Below, piece by piece: positions 35,421 to 46,392 of a stretch of DNA of 64,000 nucleotides; the stretch's first letter is position 1, and every line of letters begins with the position of its first letter. The position numbers and the translations under genes are program-made. This stretch comes from an uncultured Hormoscilla sp. (GTDB lineage Bacteria > Cyanobacteriota > Cyanobacteriia > Cyanobacteriales > Desertifilaceae). The stretch lies in contig OZ001293.3 of the NCBI GenBank assembly GCA_963921275.4, forward strand, positions 4,352,001 through 4,416,000. Reading direction: 5' to 3'. The notes under the pieces were generated by a model. That model saw only the letters and a list, made by a program, of their open reading frames with translations. It was not told the DNA's origin and did not search any database.

Positions 35421-36584
35421 CTACAGCGCAAGCGTGCGCCTACGGCGATCGGGTAAGTCCTGCAATAATAACAAGAGCTCTCCCAGACGAAAGCGGGCCC
35501 TTACTGTATCTGGCTTTAAGGCAATAGCATGGCGGTAATAGCCGATCGCCTCTTGTAATTTCAGTTGTTCTCGCAGGGCAAAACCCAGGTTGCTGTAGAC
35601 TTCGGCAAGGTCTAATTTCAGGGCGATCGCCTTTTGGTAGCATGCGATCGCCTCTGCAAACTTACGCTGCTCTTGCCAAGCGGTCCCCATCCTATTGTAA
35701 GCTTCTGGATAATCTGGTTTAATTGCCAGAGCCTGACGATATTGTCCGATCGCCTCTGCTATTTTACCCTGCTTTTGCAGTATCACCCCCAGGTCGCAAT
35801 TTGCGTTTAGATAGTTCGGCTTTAAGGCGATCGCCTGTTCATACTGCCTCGCCGCCTCTGCTAACTTTTCACATCTTTGATAGCATTTCCCCAACTGATT
35901 GTAAAATTTCGCTTCTGGTTTAATGGCAATGGCTTTTTCATAATAGGCGATCGCCTCTTCTCTGCGGTTTTGCTCTTCCATAATTCTGGCCGCATTATAG
36001 TAAGCATCCGCACATTTTGGGTCAATGCTCCGAGCCTGCCCCTTTTCGTAGCAGGCGATCTTCTGTTGGTAATGAGCGAGCGCCTCTTGATAACGCTTTT
36101 CTTGGCAACGCATCGCCGCCAATTTTTCATGAGCCGCTCCACTTTGGGTCAGCGATCCCACTTGCTGGTCAGTCTCCTTCGCGTAGCGTGCGCGCAGCTC
36201 GATCGCCTCTAATCTTTTTCCCTGTTTTTCCAGGGCCAAAGCCAGGTTATCATAAGCATCAAGATAATCAGGCTTCACTGCGATCGCCTGTTTGTAGGCA
36301 GCGATCGCCTGTTCGATTTTTCTCTGTTCCCAGAAGCAAGCCCCCAGATTATTATAAGTCTCATGCCAATTTGGCTTTATAGACATCACCTGTTGGAAAT
36401 AGTTGATCGCCCGATCGTATTCCCTCGTCCGATAAGCAATAATTCCCAGCATCTGCATAGCCTCTACCTGGTGAGGCTGCTGTTTGAGCATCGCCAAATA
36501 AACAGCCCTCGCTTCATTCAGACGTCCGGCTTTGTAGTGACCCAAAGCCTTTCTTAACCAATCATTATCCGCTTGCTGTACCAT
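35421..36584 (-). CDS. Multi-TPR protein, C-terminus cut off by inserted short repeats
   Basis: About 10 TPR units (AYNNLG, AIAxYxKAIA, KPDY); the stop codon lies inside a repeat insertion at a HIP1-like site (35385-35451). Confidence 0.85.
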   Translation of the reverse strand: MVQQADNDWLRKALGHYKAGRLNEARAVYLAMLKQQPHQVEAMQMLGIIAYRTREYDRAINYFQQVMSIKPNWHETYNNLGACFWEQRKIEQAIAAYKQAIAVKPDYLDAYDNLALALEKQGKRLEAIELRARYAKETDQQVGSLTQSGAAHEKLAAMRCQEKRYQEALAHYQQKIACYEKGQARSIDPKCADAYYNAARIMEEQNRREEAIAYYEKAIAIKPEAKFYNQLGKCYQRCEKLAEAARQYEQAIALKPNYLNANCDLGVILQKQGKIAEAIGQYRQALAIKPDYPEAYNRMGTAWQEQRKFAEAIACYQKAIALKLDLAEVYSNLGFALREQLKLQEAIGYYRHAIALKPDTVRARFRLGELLLLLQDLPDRRRRTLAL

Positions 36585-37176
36585 TTCACCTCCTAATCAT
36601 AACAGACAAATCAACGTTAATCATAGCTTCAATTTCCAACTGTTGAATTTCTGATTCCCGGGATATTTTATTTTAACAGACCCTCCGACGGAAATTACCT
36701 GAGTTTTTGGCGGTTCTCCCGATACCGCAAGTTATTGCTCTCACAACTCACCCAGGACATGCGATCCGGCCGCTCGACAGTGCTCTCGTCTTGCGGTGAG
36801 CGAAGTCAAACCGGCGGTGAGCAAAGTCGAACCGCAAGACGAGAGTCGGGCTAGTATTACACTAGCACATCAAAATCAATTCAGCAACTTTAAAGTAAAG
36901 CATAATTTCTTTGCCAACACCATGGTAATAGTAGATGAATTACAACAGCACTCCGAGCAGATAATTATGTTAGCATATTAGATGGTAGTGTGTTAGCTAG
37001 CACCGGTAGTCTTAGATATTTACTTTGCCGCTGGGAGCTTGTAGCTTTGGTTCCGAAAAAACCAGTTACGAGTCGCGCGAAAAGCGCTTGCCTTCAGGAG
37101 TGAGAACTTCAACTTCAATGTCAGCCGGAACTTCGGCGACCTCAACAACAACATTAATAGCTACGGCGCTAATGGT

Positions 37177-38937
37177 TTGCCAAACGGTTTAACCATTAAC
37201 TCCACTACTGGGGTGATCAGCGGCACTCCTACTACTGATGGCAGTTTTACCGTGACGGTAACAGCAACGGATAGGGCGGGAGGCCGGGGAGAGGATGAAT
37301 TTAATATTACAGTATCGCGTCCCACTAGCTTCACCCTTTCTGATAGTTTCGCTCTCAATGGCAACTTTACCAATTTGTACATCGGTGACTTTAATGGGGA
37401 CAATTATGATGATATCCTCCGTCAAGAAAAGGGCAGTTGGTCCAACGACGATGCCTATCGGACTGCTGAAGTCCTCTTATCCCAAGGTAACGGCAACTTT
37501 ACCCGCACCACCCTTCCTGATAGTTTCGCTCTCAATGGCAACTTTACCAATTTGTATGTCGGTGACTTTAATGGGGACAATCATGATGATATCCTCCGTC
37601 AAGAAAAGGGCAGTTGGTCCAACGAGGATGCCGTAAGGACTGCTGACGTCCTTTTATTCCAAGGTAACGGCAACTTTACCCGCACCACCCTTCCTGAGAG
37701 TTTCGAGCTCAATGGCAACTTTACCAATTTGTATGTCGATGACTTTAATGGAGACGGGAAAAGCGATATCCTCCGTCAAGAAAAGGGCAGTTGGTCCAAC
37801 GACGATGCCTATCGGACTGCTGAAGTCCTCTTATCCCAAGGTAACGGCAACTTTACCCGCACCACCCTTCCTGAGAGTTTCGAGCTCAATGGCAACTTTA
37901 CCAATTTGTATGTCGGTGACTTTAATGGAGACGGGAAAAGCGATATCCTCCGTCAAGAAAAAAGCAGTTGGTCCAACGAGGATGCCGTAAGGACTGCTGA
38001 AGTCCTCTTATCCCAAGGTAACGGCAACTTTACCCGCACCACCCTTCCTGATAGTTTCGCTCTCAAGGGCGACTTTACCAATTTGTATGTCGGTGACTTT
38101 AATGGAGACGGGAAAAGCGATATCCTCCGTCAAGAAAAGGGCGATTGGGATAACGATGGCATTCGGACTGCTGAAGTCCTCTTATCCCAAGGTAACGGCA
38201 ACTTTACCCGCACCACCCTTCCTGAGAGTTTCGATCTCAAGGGCGACTTGACCAAGTTGTATATAGAAGATTTGGATGGTGATGGCCGAGATGAGATTCT
38301 GGTTCAAAAAAAATCGGCCCAAGGGGATCTGTCCCGCGTCCTGAAGGTATTGTCCTCAAATGATGGGCGCAATTTTACCGAATCTCTGCTCCCTTCTGCG
38401 CTTCAGTTTTCCAGTCAAAGCGGGCAACTGTATATTGCCGATTACTCCGGCAGTGGGCAAAACAATGATGTTCTGGTTCAGGGTTCTGGACACCAAGCGC
38501 TGCTAGGCAGCATTACCCTGGGGAGCAATGACTACCTTCAAGGGGGAACAGGAAACGATTCCCTCAATGGGGGTAACGGAAACGACTGGATTCGCGGATA
38601 CGGGGGCGACGATACCCTTTTAGGGGGCAGCGATAACGATACTCTCTATGGCGACGAGGGAGAGGATATTCTCAATGGGGGTAAGGGGCACGACATGCTT
38701 TACGGCAATTCCGGTAGTGATACTTTTGTCTTGGCCCGGGGCATGGGCGGGGATACCATCCAGGACTTTTCAGATGGTACGGACTTTATCCGGTTAGAAG
38801 GAGGTTTGAGTTTTGCTGATTTAGGAATTGATTCTCAGAACGGTTCGACTTCTATTAAGGTCAGTGCTTCTGGGGAACTGTTGGGGATTTTGTCGGGAGT
38901 TGATTCTAGTCTTATTGGTGCTTCTGATTTTGTTTAG
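37177..38937 (+). CDS. Putative-Ig + FG-GAP/VCBS repeat + RTX calcium-binding protein, 5'-truncated
   Basis: LPNGLTINSTTGVISGTP, five near-identical 177-bp repeats (GDFNGDGKSDIL), GGxGND nonapeptides, DTIQDF T1SS-type tail; no natural ATG. Confidence 0.85.
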   Translation: MPNGLTINSTTGVISGTPTTDGSFTVTVTATDRAGGRGEDEFNITVSRPTSFTLSDSFALNGNFTNLYIGDFNGDNYDDILRQEKGSWSNDDAYRTAEVLLSQGNGNFTRTTLPDSFALNGNFTNLYVGDFNGDNHDDILRQEKGSWSNEDAVRTADVLLFQGNGNFTRTTLPESFELNGNFTNLYVDDFNGDGKSDILRQEKGSWSNDDAYRTAEVLLSQGNGNFTRTTLPESFELNGNFTNLYVGDFNGDGKSDILRQEKSSWSNEDAVRTAEVLLSQGNGNFTRTTLPDSFALKGDFTNLYVGDFNGDGKSDILRQEKGDWDNDGIRTAEVLLSQGNGNFTRTTLPESFDLKGDLTKLYIEDLDGDGRDEILVQKKSAQGDLSRVLKVLSSNDGRNFTESLLPSALQFSSQSGQLYIADYSGSGQNNDVLVQGSGHQALLGSITLGSNDYLQGGTGNDSLNGGNGNDWIRGYGGDDTLLGGSDNDTLYGDEGEDILNGGKGHDMLYGNSGSDTFVLARGMGGDTIQDFSDGTDFIRLEGGLSFADLGIDSQNGSTSIKVSASGELLGILSGVDSSLIGASDFV

Positions 38938-39207
38938 TTACGGTAAGGCTGTTGTTTTCCCTGGGGGGCCTTTGACTGCTATTGGGGTGTGGTCTTGCGC
39001 CCGTTGGTAGGAGACAGTAGCCGGGCCAGTGAAGGGCCGGGTCTGTCCTATGGTAAAGCAGGAAATGTTACCAATGTCGCCGGTAACCAACACTTGAGTT
39101 ATAATAAACAAACGTGCCACTCGTTCCGGCGTAAGTCAGAAATATGACGATAGTCGGGCTAGTATTACACCAGCACCTCTACAGAAAAATACAAGAGAAA
39201 CCAAAAA

Positions 39208-42065
39208 ATGAAGCATAATACCAATGCCAACACCATGGTAGTAGTGGATGCTTCCCTAGAAAACTACCAGCAGCTTATAGACGGCATCCGGCCTGGGGCC
39301 AAATCTTTCCTCTTAGACCTTCGGTCCGATGGCATCAAACAGATCGGCGAACTTCTCCGACAGCATAAAGAAACAGAGGTTCTGCACCTACTTTCCCACG
39401 GCAGCCCTGGCTGTCTGTATCTGGGAAACTCCCAACTGAGTTTAGATACTCTAGGAGATTACGCCTCTACCCTGCAGAAGTGGAAGGTAAAACAACTCCT
39501 ACTCTACGGCTGTAACGTCGCCGCCGGAGATGCAGGAGAGGAGTTGATGACTAAGCTACAGGCCCTGACCGGGGCATCCCTCGCCGCCTCTACTACCCGG
39601 ACAGGGGCAGCAGCCCGGGGCGGAAATTGGAAGTTGGAGTGGCGAACTCCGGGGATGAAAACTCCCTTAGCATTGTCCGCAGAAGCTCAGATGGCCTATG
39701 GGGGCATATTGATCTCCCAGCAGGAGTATCAGGCCTTAAGGGCTCTATACCAAGGCACCAATGGAACTTCTTGGAGTAACAATACAGGCTGGCGGGACTG
39801 GAATTTCAACAGCGCAATTCCCCCCAATGATTCTGTTGTTAATGGTTGGCATGGAGTGGCGGTAGCTAACTCCCAGGTGATTAACCTCCGGCTGAACTCC
39901 AACCAACTGACTGGCAGCATCCCGACGGAGTTAGGGAATCTTTCCAATTTGGTATCTCTCTGGCTGTACTCCAACCAACTGACTGGCAGCATCCCGACGG
40001 AGTTAGGGAATCTTTCCAATTTGACATCTCTCCTTCTGGAAGAGAACCAACTGACTGGCAGCATCCCGACGGAGTTAGGGAATCTTTCCAATTTGGTGGG
40101 GCTCTGGCTGTACTCCAACCAACTGACTGGCAGCATCCCGACGGAGTTAGGGAATCTTTCCAATTTGGTATCTCTCTGGCTGTACTCCAACCAACTGACT
40201 GGCAGCATCCCGACGGAGTTAGGGAATCTTTCCAATTTGACATCTCTCCTTCTGGAAGAGAACCAACTGACTGGCAGCATCCCGACGGAGTTAGGGAATC
40301 TTTCCAATTTGGTGGGGCTCTGGCTGTACTCCAACCAACTGACTGGCAGCATCCCGACGGAGTTAGGGAATCTTTCCAATTTGCAGTTGCTCCTGCTGGA
40401 CAGAAACCACTGACTGGCAGCATCCCGACGGAGTTAGGGAATCTTTCCAATTTGACATCTCTCTGGCTGTACTCCAACCAACTGACTGGCAGCATCCCGA
40501 CGGAGTTAGGGAATCTTTCCAATTTGAAATCTCTCTTTCTGGAAGAGAACCAACTGACTGGCAGCATCCCCCAAGAGGTTCTAGATTTGAGTGCCTCAAA
40601 GCGATTGGAAAACCCCCCTTATGTTTTAACCGAGATTCCCGACGTCCAACTCTTGCTAGGTAATAACCTCAACATAGACATTAGCGCAAATTTCGGCGAC
40701 ATCAATAACAACATCGACAATTACACAGCTACCGGTTTACCAGGGGGCGTAACTATCAACTCTCAGGGAGTTATCAGCGGTATCTCTACTACCGCAGGCA
40801 TCTTTACCGTAACAGTAACCGCCATCGACAGAGCGGGATCTGAAGTGACAGATACCTTTGATATTGTTATAAAGAACTCCCCTCCTACCGATCTAGAACT
40901 CAGCAGCAGTAGCATCGATGAAAACTCCGCCGTCAATAGCGTCGTGGGGACTTTCTCCACTACCGACCCCGACAGTGGAGATACTTTTACCTACCAGTTA
41001 GTCTCAGGCGCCGGTGCCGAAGACAACGCCGCCTTCAGCATAGAAGGGAACCAACTGCAAATCAACAGTTCACCGGACTATGAGACCCAGTCGAGTTACA
41101 GCATCCGCGTCCAAACTACCGACGCTGCTGGGGCCAGTTACTCAGAGACCTTGACCATTAACGTAAACGATGTTCCCGAGTCTCCTACCGGCCTCAACCT
41201 CTCTGGCAACAGCATTGATGAAAACTCCGCCGTCAATAGCGTCGTGGGGACTTTCTCCACTACCGACCCCGACAGTGGAGATACTTTTACCTACCAGTTA
41301 GTCTCAGGCGCCGGTGCTGATGATAACGCCGCCTTCACCATTTCCGGGGACCAACTGCTAATTAACAGTTCACCGGACTATGAAACCCAGTCGAGTTACA
41401 GCATCCGCGTCCAAACTACCGACGCTGCTGGGGCCAGTTACTCAGAGACCTTGACCATTAACGTAAACGATGTTCCCGAGTCTCCTACCGGTCTCAACCT
41501 CTCTGGCAGCAGCATTGATGAAAACTCCGCTGAGGGTGCAGTCGTGGGGATCTTCTCCACTATCGACCCCGACTCTGGAGATAGCTTTACCTACCAGTTA
41601 GTCTACCTCCGGGGGACGCCCAACGGGGAACAACTGTTAGGTCTAGGAGGAAAAGACCAGCTCTTTGGGAAAAAAGGGAACGACACCCTCATTGGTGGCT
41701 CGGGAAAGGATCGCCTCTACGGAGGAGGTGGGAACGACTCTCTCATCGGCGGACGTGGAAAAGATTACCTCTACGGAGAAGATGAGAACGACTCCCTCAT
41801 CGGCGGATATGGAAACGATACCATCTACGGAGGGGAGAACGCCGATATTTTTGTTCTGAAGCAGGGCCATGACCGGGATACCATCATAGACTTTGAAGAT
41901 GGCACGGACAAGATCGGGCTAGCAGGAAGTTTGAGTTTCAACGATTTGCAGATCGTCCCTCAGGGCCGAAATGTCTTGATTAACTTTGGAGAGGAAACCC
42001 TGGTCACCCTACAGCGCATTGATTTGACCCTGATTACTAGCGATGATTTCACTGTGGTTACTTGA
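39208..42065 (+). pseudogene. DUF4347 + LRR array + Ig + cadherin repeats + RTX adhesin, split by a 1-bp deletion at about 40408
   Basis: SHGSPG..LG / LLYGCNVAAG (DUF4347), ten 24-aa LRRs, two 300-bp cadherin repeats plus a partial third, RTX tail; AACCAACTG is AACCACTG in one repeat. Confidence 0.88.
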
Positions 42066-42084
42066 AGTTTACCACAATGGGGGG

Positions 42085-42335
42085 AACCTCAATGCCCCAC
42101 GAGCCGCCCCCGCTGCGCATGGCTGCCGCCACGCTGCGCGATGTGGGCGCGGTGTCTAGAGCGTACCTAAGTGTCTGGAGCATACCGATGGCGCTACGCT
42201 GGGGGCGCCAGCCGTGTCCTTCAGGACAAGAGTATGCGGAAGACACTTAAGTCCTTCAGGACAAGAGTACGCGGAAGACGCCGCAGCAGCGCATGCGATA
42301 CCTGAGGGGTTGCCGGCGTTGCATCCCGAAGGCAG
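42085..42335. repeat. Mosaic of dispersed repeat modules with an internal direct repeat
   Basis: GTCCTTCAGGACAAGAGTA(T/C)GCGGAAGAC twice; CCTGAGGGGTTGCC.GCGTTGCATCCCGA shared with about 7636. Confidence 0.65.
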
Positions 42336-42497
42336 CAAAAGAAAATTTACCCTGCTGCTAGTCGTGACACCGTCACTGCTATGATGAAAAGACAACCAAA
42401 GATGAAAATCTAGGTACTAAGCAAGCGGAAATAGTGCCTCGCGCGAACCCGTTAAAACAGGGAAGCAGTGCCCATGACTTGGGTAACGTGTCGCCTC

Positions 42498-42915
42498 CTG
42501 TGGATTATTTTAATCTCTATAACGATACCTACGGTCATCAAGCTGAAGATAATTGTTTGCGGGCAGTTGCCCGGGCTATTAACATAAATCTCAAGCGGCC
42601 AGGAGATTTAGCTGATCGTTATGGCGGGGAAGGATTTGCTGTCATTCTACCGCAAACGGATCTTTATGGAGCACAGCATATCGCCAAAATTATCGGGTCA
42701 GAGATCCAACAACTGAAGATTCCCCATGCATTGTGAGTGAATATGTTACCATGAGTATGGGTATTTCTAGTACCTTTCCCCATCATAAACTTTACAAAAA
42801 AGACCTAGTAGCTGCTGCGGATAAACCCCTTTATCAAGCAAAAGCTAAAGGTCGTAATACCTACTGTTTTCACTCTTTAGGAGAATTGCGAATGGCTGAA
42901 CGGGCAATCAACTAA
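42498..42915 (+). pseudogene. Diguanylate cyclase (GGDEF) remnant
   Basis: VDYFNLYNDTYGH, RYGGEGFAVILP, VTMSMG, ADKPLYQAKAKGRN; truncated and frameshifted. Confidence 0.85.
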
Positions 42916-42929
42916 CAACTAACAACTAA

Positions 42930-43367
42930 CTAATGGTGATGTCCATAAGCCCCCGTTTCTGGTTGAAAAGCTAAAACCGCCTCAGTTACTTCTAAACCCA
43001 TTTGTTCTAGCATTGTCTTCAATACCGGATCTGATTCGAGGCGCAAATAGGTGGGAGTGATTTCCAGGGGAACATGACGATTTCCCAGATGATAAGCTGC
43101 CCGCAGTAGATCCAATGGCCTCTGGGAAGTTACATTCAGCACGGGTTCGGGTTTGGCCGTTACCCGCACTAATCGATCGCCCGTTTCCGTTTGCAATAAA
43201 TCGCCATCCCGCAGTACCGTACCTCTAGGTAAACGCAGATAGACAACTCGACCGTCAGGTGTTTCAAAGCGGTGACGGCTACGGGTGCGCTCAGTTGCCG
43301 TGAGTGCTAGAGTAAAGCTGACCGCTACATCAGGATCTGTAGGTAGACATTTAGTGAAAGTCAGCAT
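42930..43367 (-). CDS. ureE: Urease accessory protein UreE
   Basis: [34 protein letters not shown]. Confidence 0.95.
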   Translation of the reverse strand: MLTFTKCLPTDPDVAVSFTLALTATERTRSRHRFETPDGRVVYLRLPRGTVLRDGDLLQTETGDRLVRVTAKPEPVLNVTSQRPLDLLRAAYHLGNRHVPLEITPTYLRLESDPVLKTMLEQMGLEVTEAVLAFQPETGAYGHHH

Positions 43368-43369
43368 CC

Positions 43370-43846
43370 TTATTGAGTGAAAGATTTTCTTTGTTGGCGG
43401 AGTAATTCATCTTCCAGCAGTTGTCTGAGATCCCGATCGGCTGGCAAGTTAGCGGTGATATCATTGAAACGGCTAACCGTGAATCCATTTCTTTGGGCAA
43501 TCTCAAGAGATCTAGTGCAGTAATTGACAGCAATCTCTTTGACATCTAAGGGCAGATCGGCTATAGTTTGAGGCTGGTTGCAAATAATCAGCGGCACCTT
43601 GCTTGAGTTTTGCTCAACTTGATTGTAGGCGGCCCGTCGGAAGGGCTCGATCGCCAGCACCGCTTTGGCATAGTTTGTAACTTCTTCATCGCTGAGAAAA
43701 ACCGGCGGGGGCGGGGGCGGCACTTCCCGCCCCACGAGCGGCGGCGGGGCGGAGGTACATCCAGATACAATAGAGGCGATACTGGCTAGTATTCCTAGGC
43801 CCAGGGCAGGCCAAGGCCTAGGACTGGAATCACATTGGTTGGTCAT
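43370..43846 (-). CDS. DUF4168-like lipoprotein
   Basis: Lipobox-like [27 protein letters not shown]. Confidence 0.7.
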   Translation of the reverse strand: MTNQCDSSPRPWPALGLGILASIASIVSGCTSAPPPLVGREVPPPPPPVFLSDEEVTNYAKAVLAIEPFRRAAYNQVEQNSSKVPLIICNQPQTIADLPLDVKEIAVNYCTRSLEIAQRNGFTVSRFNDITANLPADRDLRQLLEDELLRQQRKSFTQ

Positions 43847-44146
43847 AGGCCCTCGAAGCTACATCCATCCGATTTTATCAGCTATACTGCGAATGGTCAC
43901 GAACTGCGCCTAAGAGAGCAGCCAATATGTCCGGAGCAAGGGTGGGATGTAGCCGTTCTCTTTGTGTAGTCCGAATAACTCCCCCCCCGTTAGCGCCGCG
44001 GCGCTAACGGGGGGGTCTTAGGTAGAAGCATACCACAGTGGAGATTTTGGGAACTCCCCCTCGCAATGACACGTTCTTCTCCATTTTGCGCAAGTCGATC
44101 CCTTTCAAAGTATAGTCCGACTCCCGCGACAGCCAGAACCCGACTA

Positions 44147-44669
44147 CTAGCGGCAAACTTGTAGCTTTTTATATTGATTCTGCTGGCACAGCCTGCCAAA
44201 GGCTGCAGTAATTTGGGGATATTGCTGCGGGTTGCGATCGTATCTGTTTTTCATCTCCCGGAATTGAGCTGCGGATAATCTATTTTGCTGTAGAATGGAT
44301 TTCGACTGATTGCACAGACTCTGAATTGGCTGGCGAATTTCATTAGAAAAATTGTTGATGTTGATTACCCTGCCCGATGCTATATCGCATTCAAAATCCT
44401 GAGCAGGGCCAGGGTTCTGCCGCAGAGTGGCTTCCCGCGCTAGCTCAATTTCCAGGATAGATTGCGCAAAAGCATTCACCTGTTGCCGATCATATTGTTG
44501 AGCATAAGCTGAGGTCTCAAACTCAATGGTGGCAAAGCTTGGCGATGGGCTAACATCCAAGCCAGGAACCAGTCCCAAAAGCCAACCAACAGTAGAAAGA
44601 GCACCGACAATCAGAGATTTTGACAGCATCTGCTTGGGTTCCGGTCTCTCAAGGTGATAATCGATCATG
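44147..44669 (-). CDS. DUF4168-like secreted protein
   Basis: Signal-like N-terminus ending AYAQ, VNAFAQSILEIE..R, LCNQSKSIL; start uncertain. Confidence 0.55.
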
Positions 44670-44837
44670 ATTTTGTGTAACAAAAATAGAACTCTCAATC
44701 TTATTAGAGCTATTTTTCGACTATAAGTTCCAGCCCAGGGTTCGTAGTAAGCATTCAAGTGCTTCAGGCGTTCGTAGTAAACACTGAAGAGTGCGTTCGT
44801 ATTCGGAGCGCGGGAACAGGCTTCATGTTACTACAAA

Positions 44838-45836
44838 CTACTGGTAAAGCCGGCAGAGTTCGATAATTTTGCTACTCAGTGCGGACATCTCTTCGGCTCC
44901 TTGCTTGAGGCTGACTTCTAATTCTAGCAGCTTTGGTAATGTCTGTCGCAGTTGCCACAAGTTAAGCCCTGCTACTTCTTGGCGCAGGAAGTAGATGCGT
45001 TTGGGGTTGTGGACTTCTGCTGCTTGTGCTATCTCCCGATCGCGTAGCGTGCGCGCAGCGCATTCGTCCCGCACGCCAGCGACGATCGTCAGTTTCACCC
45101 ATAACCAGGTGCGGAACTGACCTGTTAAGGTGGCTACTATCTTCAAAGCTGGCTCGTTGCGCTCCCTCAGACTGGCGATCGAGCTTAAGGCTTTCCCCAC
45201 ATCCCCTCTTGCGATCGCGCTGGCCAGCTGCAAGCTATTGGTAGCGTTATTTCTGACCAAAGCGTCCACATCTGCCACATCTACTGTCCTGTCAATTACA
45301 TAAAGCCGCAATTTTTCCAATTCATTAAACAGCTGCCGCGTGTTATTACCTACAGAAGAGACTAACAGTTCCGCCGCCTCATCAGTTAGTTTCACTCCTA
45401 CTTCTGCGGCAGCTTTCTTGGCTCGCTGCACCAGCAGGTCTGTTTTCCAAGGGGGAATGAGGGAAAATTCCTGCACTTGGGCATATTTTTGCAATAGTTT
45501 GGTAGACTTAAGTCGTCCATCCGGCTTGCTGCGGCTGGTTAGCAATAGCACCGAGGTTTCCGGTATCGCTGGCAGGGTGCGTTCTAGTTCTGCTAATAGG
45601 GACTGGGAGGCTTGCTGACATAGATTGCTATTTACTAGCCATACTAAACGCTGTCCGGCTCCAAAGGCTGGGGTCATCGCTTGATTGAGTGCCTCGATGA
45701 CGCTATCTGCTCCCGACTCCGAATAGCAAGTATAGTTGAAACTGGCCCAGTTGGGGTCGAGTACCCGATCCCGCAATTGTGCCACTGCTCTTTCAAGGGC
45801 ATAGTCATCCTCTCCCCAGTAAAAGTATATTGACAT
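44838..45836 (-). CDS. holA: DNA polymerase III delta subunit, carrying an in-frame 24-bp repeat insertion
   Basis: IYFYWGEDDY, AMTPAFG, KPDGRLKSTK, NELEKL, NPKRIYFL. Confidence 0.92.
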   Translation of the reverse strand: MSIYFYWGEDDYALERAVAQLRDRVLDPNWASFNYTCYSESGADSVIEALNQAMTPAFGAGQRLVWLVNSNLCQQASQSLLAELERTLPAIPETSVLLLTSRSKPDGRLKSTKLLQKYAQVQEFSLIPPWKTDLLVQRAKKAAAEVGVKLTDEAAELLVSSVGNNTRQLFNELEKLRLYVIDRTVDVADVDALVRNNATNSLQLASAIARGDVGKALSSIASLRERNEPALKIVATLTGQFRTWLWVKLTIVAGVRDECAARTLRDREIAQAAEVHNPKRIYFLRQEVAGLNLWQLRQTLPKLLELEVSLKQGAEEMSALSSKIIELCRLYQ

Positions 45837-46392
45837 TCTTATTCCTTTGGTGAATAACTAGAATCAAAATTCTATCTATTAGCTGAAATTGCCAATGACA
45901 CAAATATCAAATCATCACGGTGACACGAGACATAAGTTTTTGTTGAGTAGCGTAGCGTGTTGCCGCTTAACTCAACCTACAGTATTATAGCTGTTATAGC
46001 TAATCATCCGGACTTGATAAGTAGGTCTGCAAAGGTAGAACTGAATCATGTAAAATTTTGTAATTTTGGTGAAAAGGGCTCTATGCTTCTCCCAGAAAGA
46101 GGTTCAGCTATATTAACATTCCAACTTCAACTAACCGCGCAGCGTTGCGAGGCATGAAGCAATCTCGAACCGCGCGCGTTGCGAGGCACGAAGCAATATC
46201 GAACTACTTATTACCGAGTGTGGTCAAAACTCGTTGGTACTCGGCCTCGCCGCCCGAACCCGTGCATGGTCCGGCTACTTCACAACATTGCCCGCCCTTC
46301 GGCTAACGCAGCGCGGGCTATATTACATGCATCTGAGATGCACCCGACTATCAACTACAAGTGAGTGTACCCAATCTAACCGGTGCCCCACT

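Noticed and set aside
39900..40570. CRISPR-like pattern of constant repeats with variable spacers
   Set aside because: The period is exactly 72 bp, it encodes in-frame LRRs, the spacers recur, and no cas genes are present
39729..40599. Long repetitive minus-strand ORFs (216 and 228 aa)
   Set aside because: Shadow frames of the LRR array
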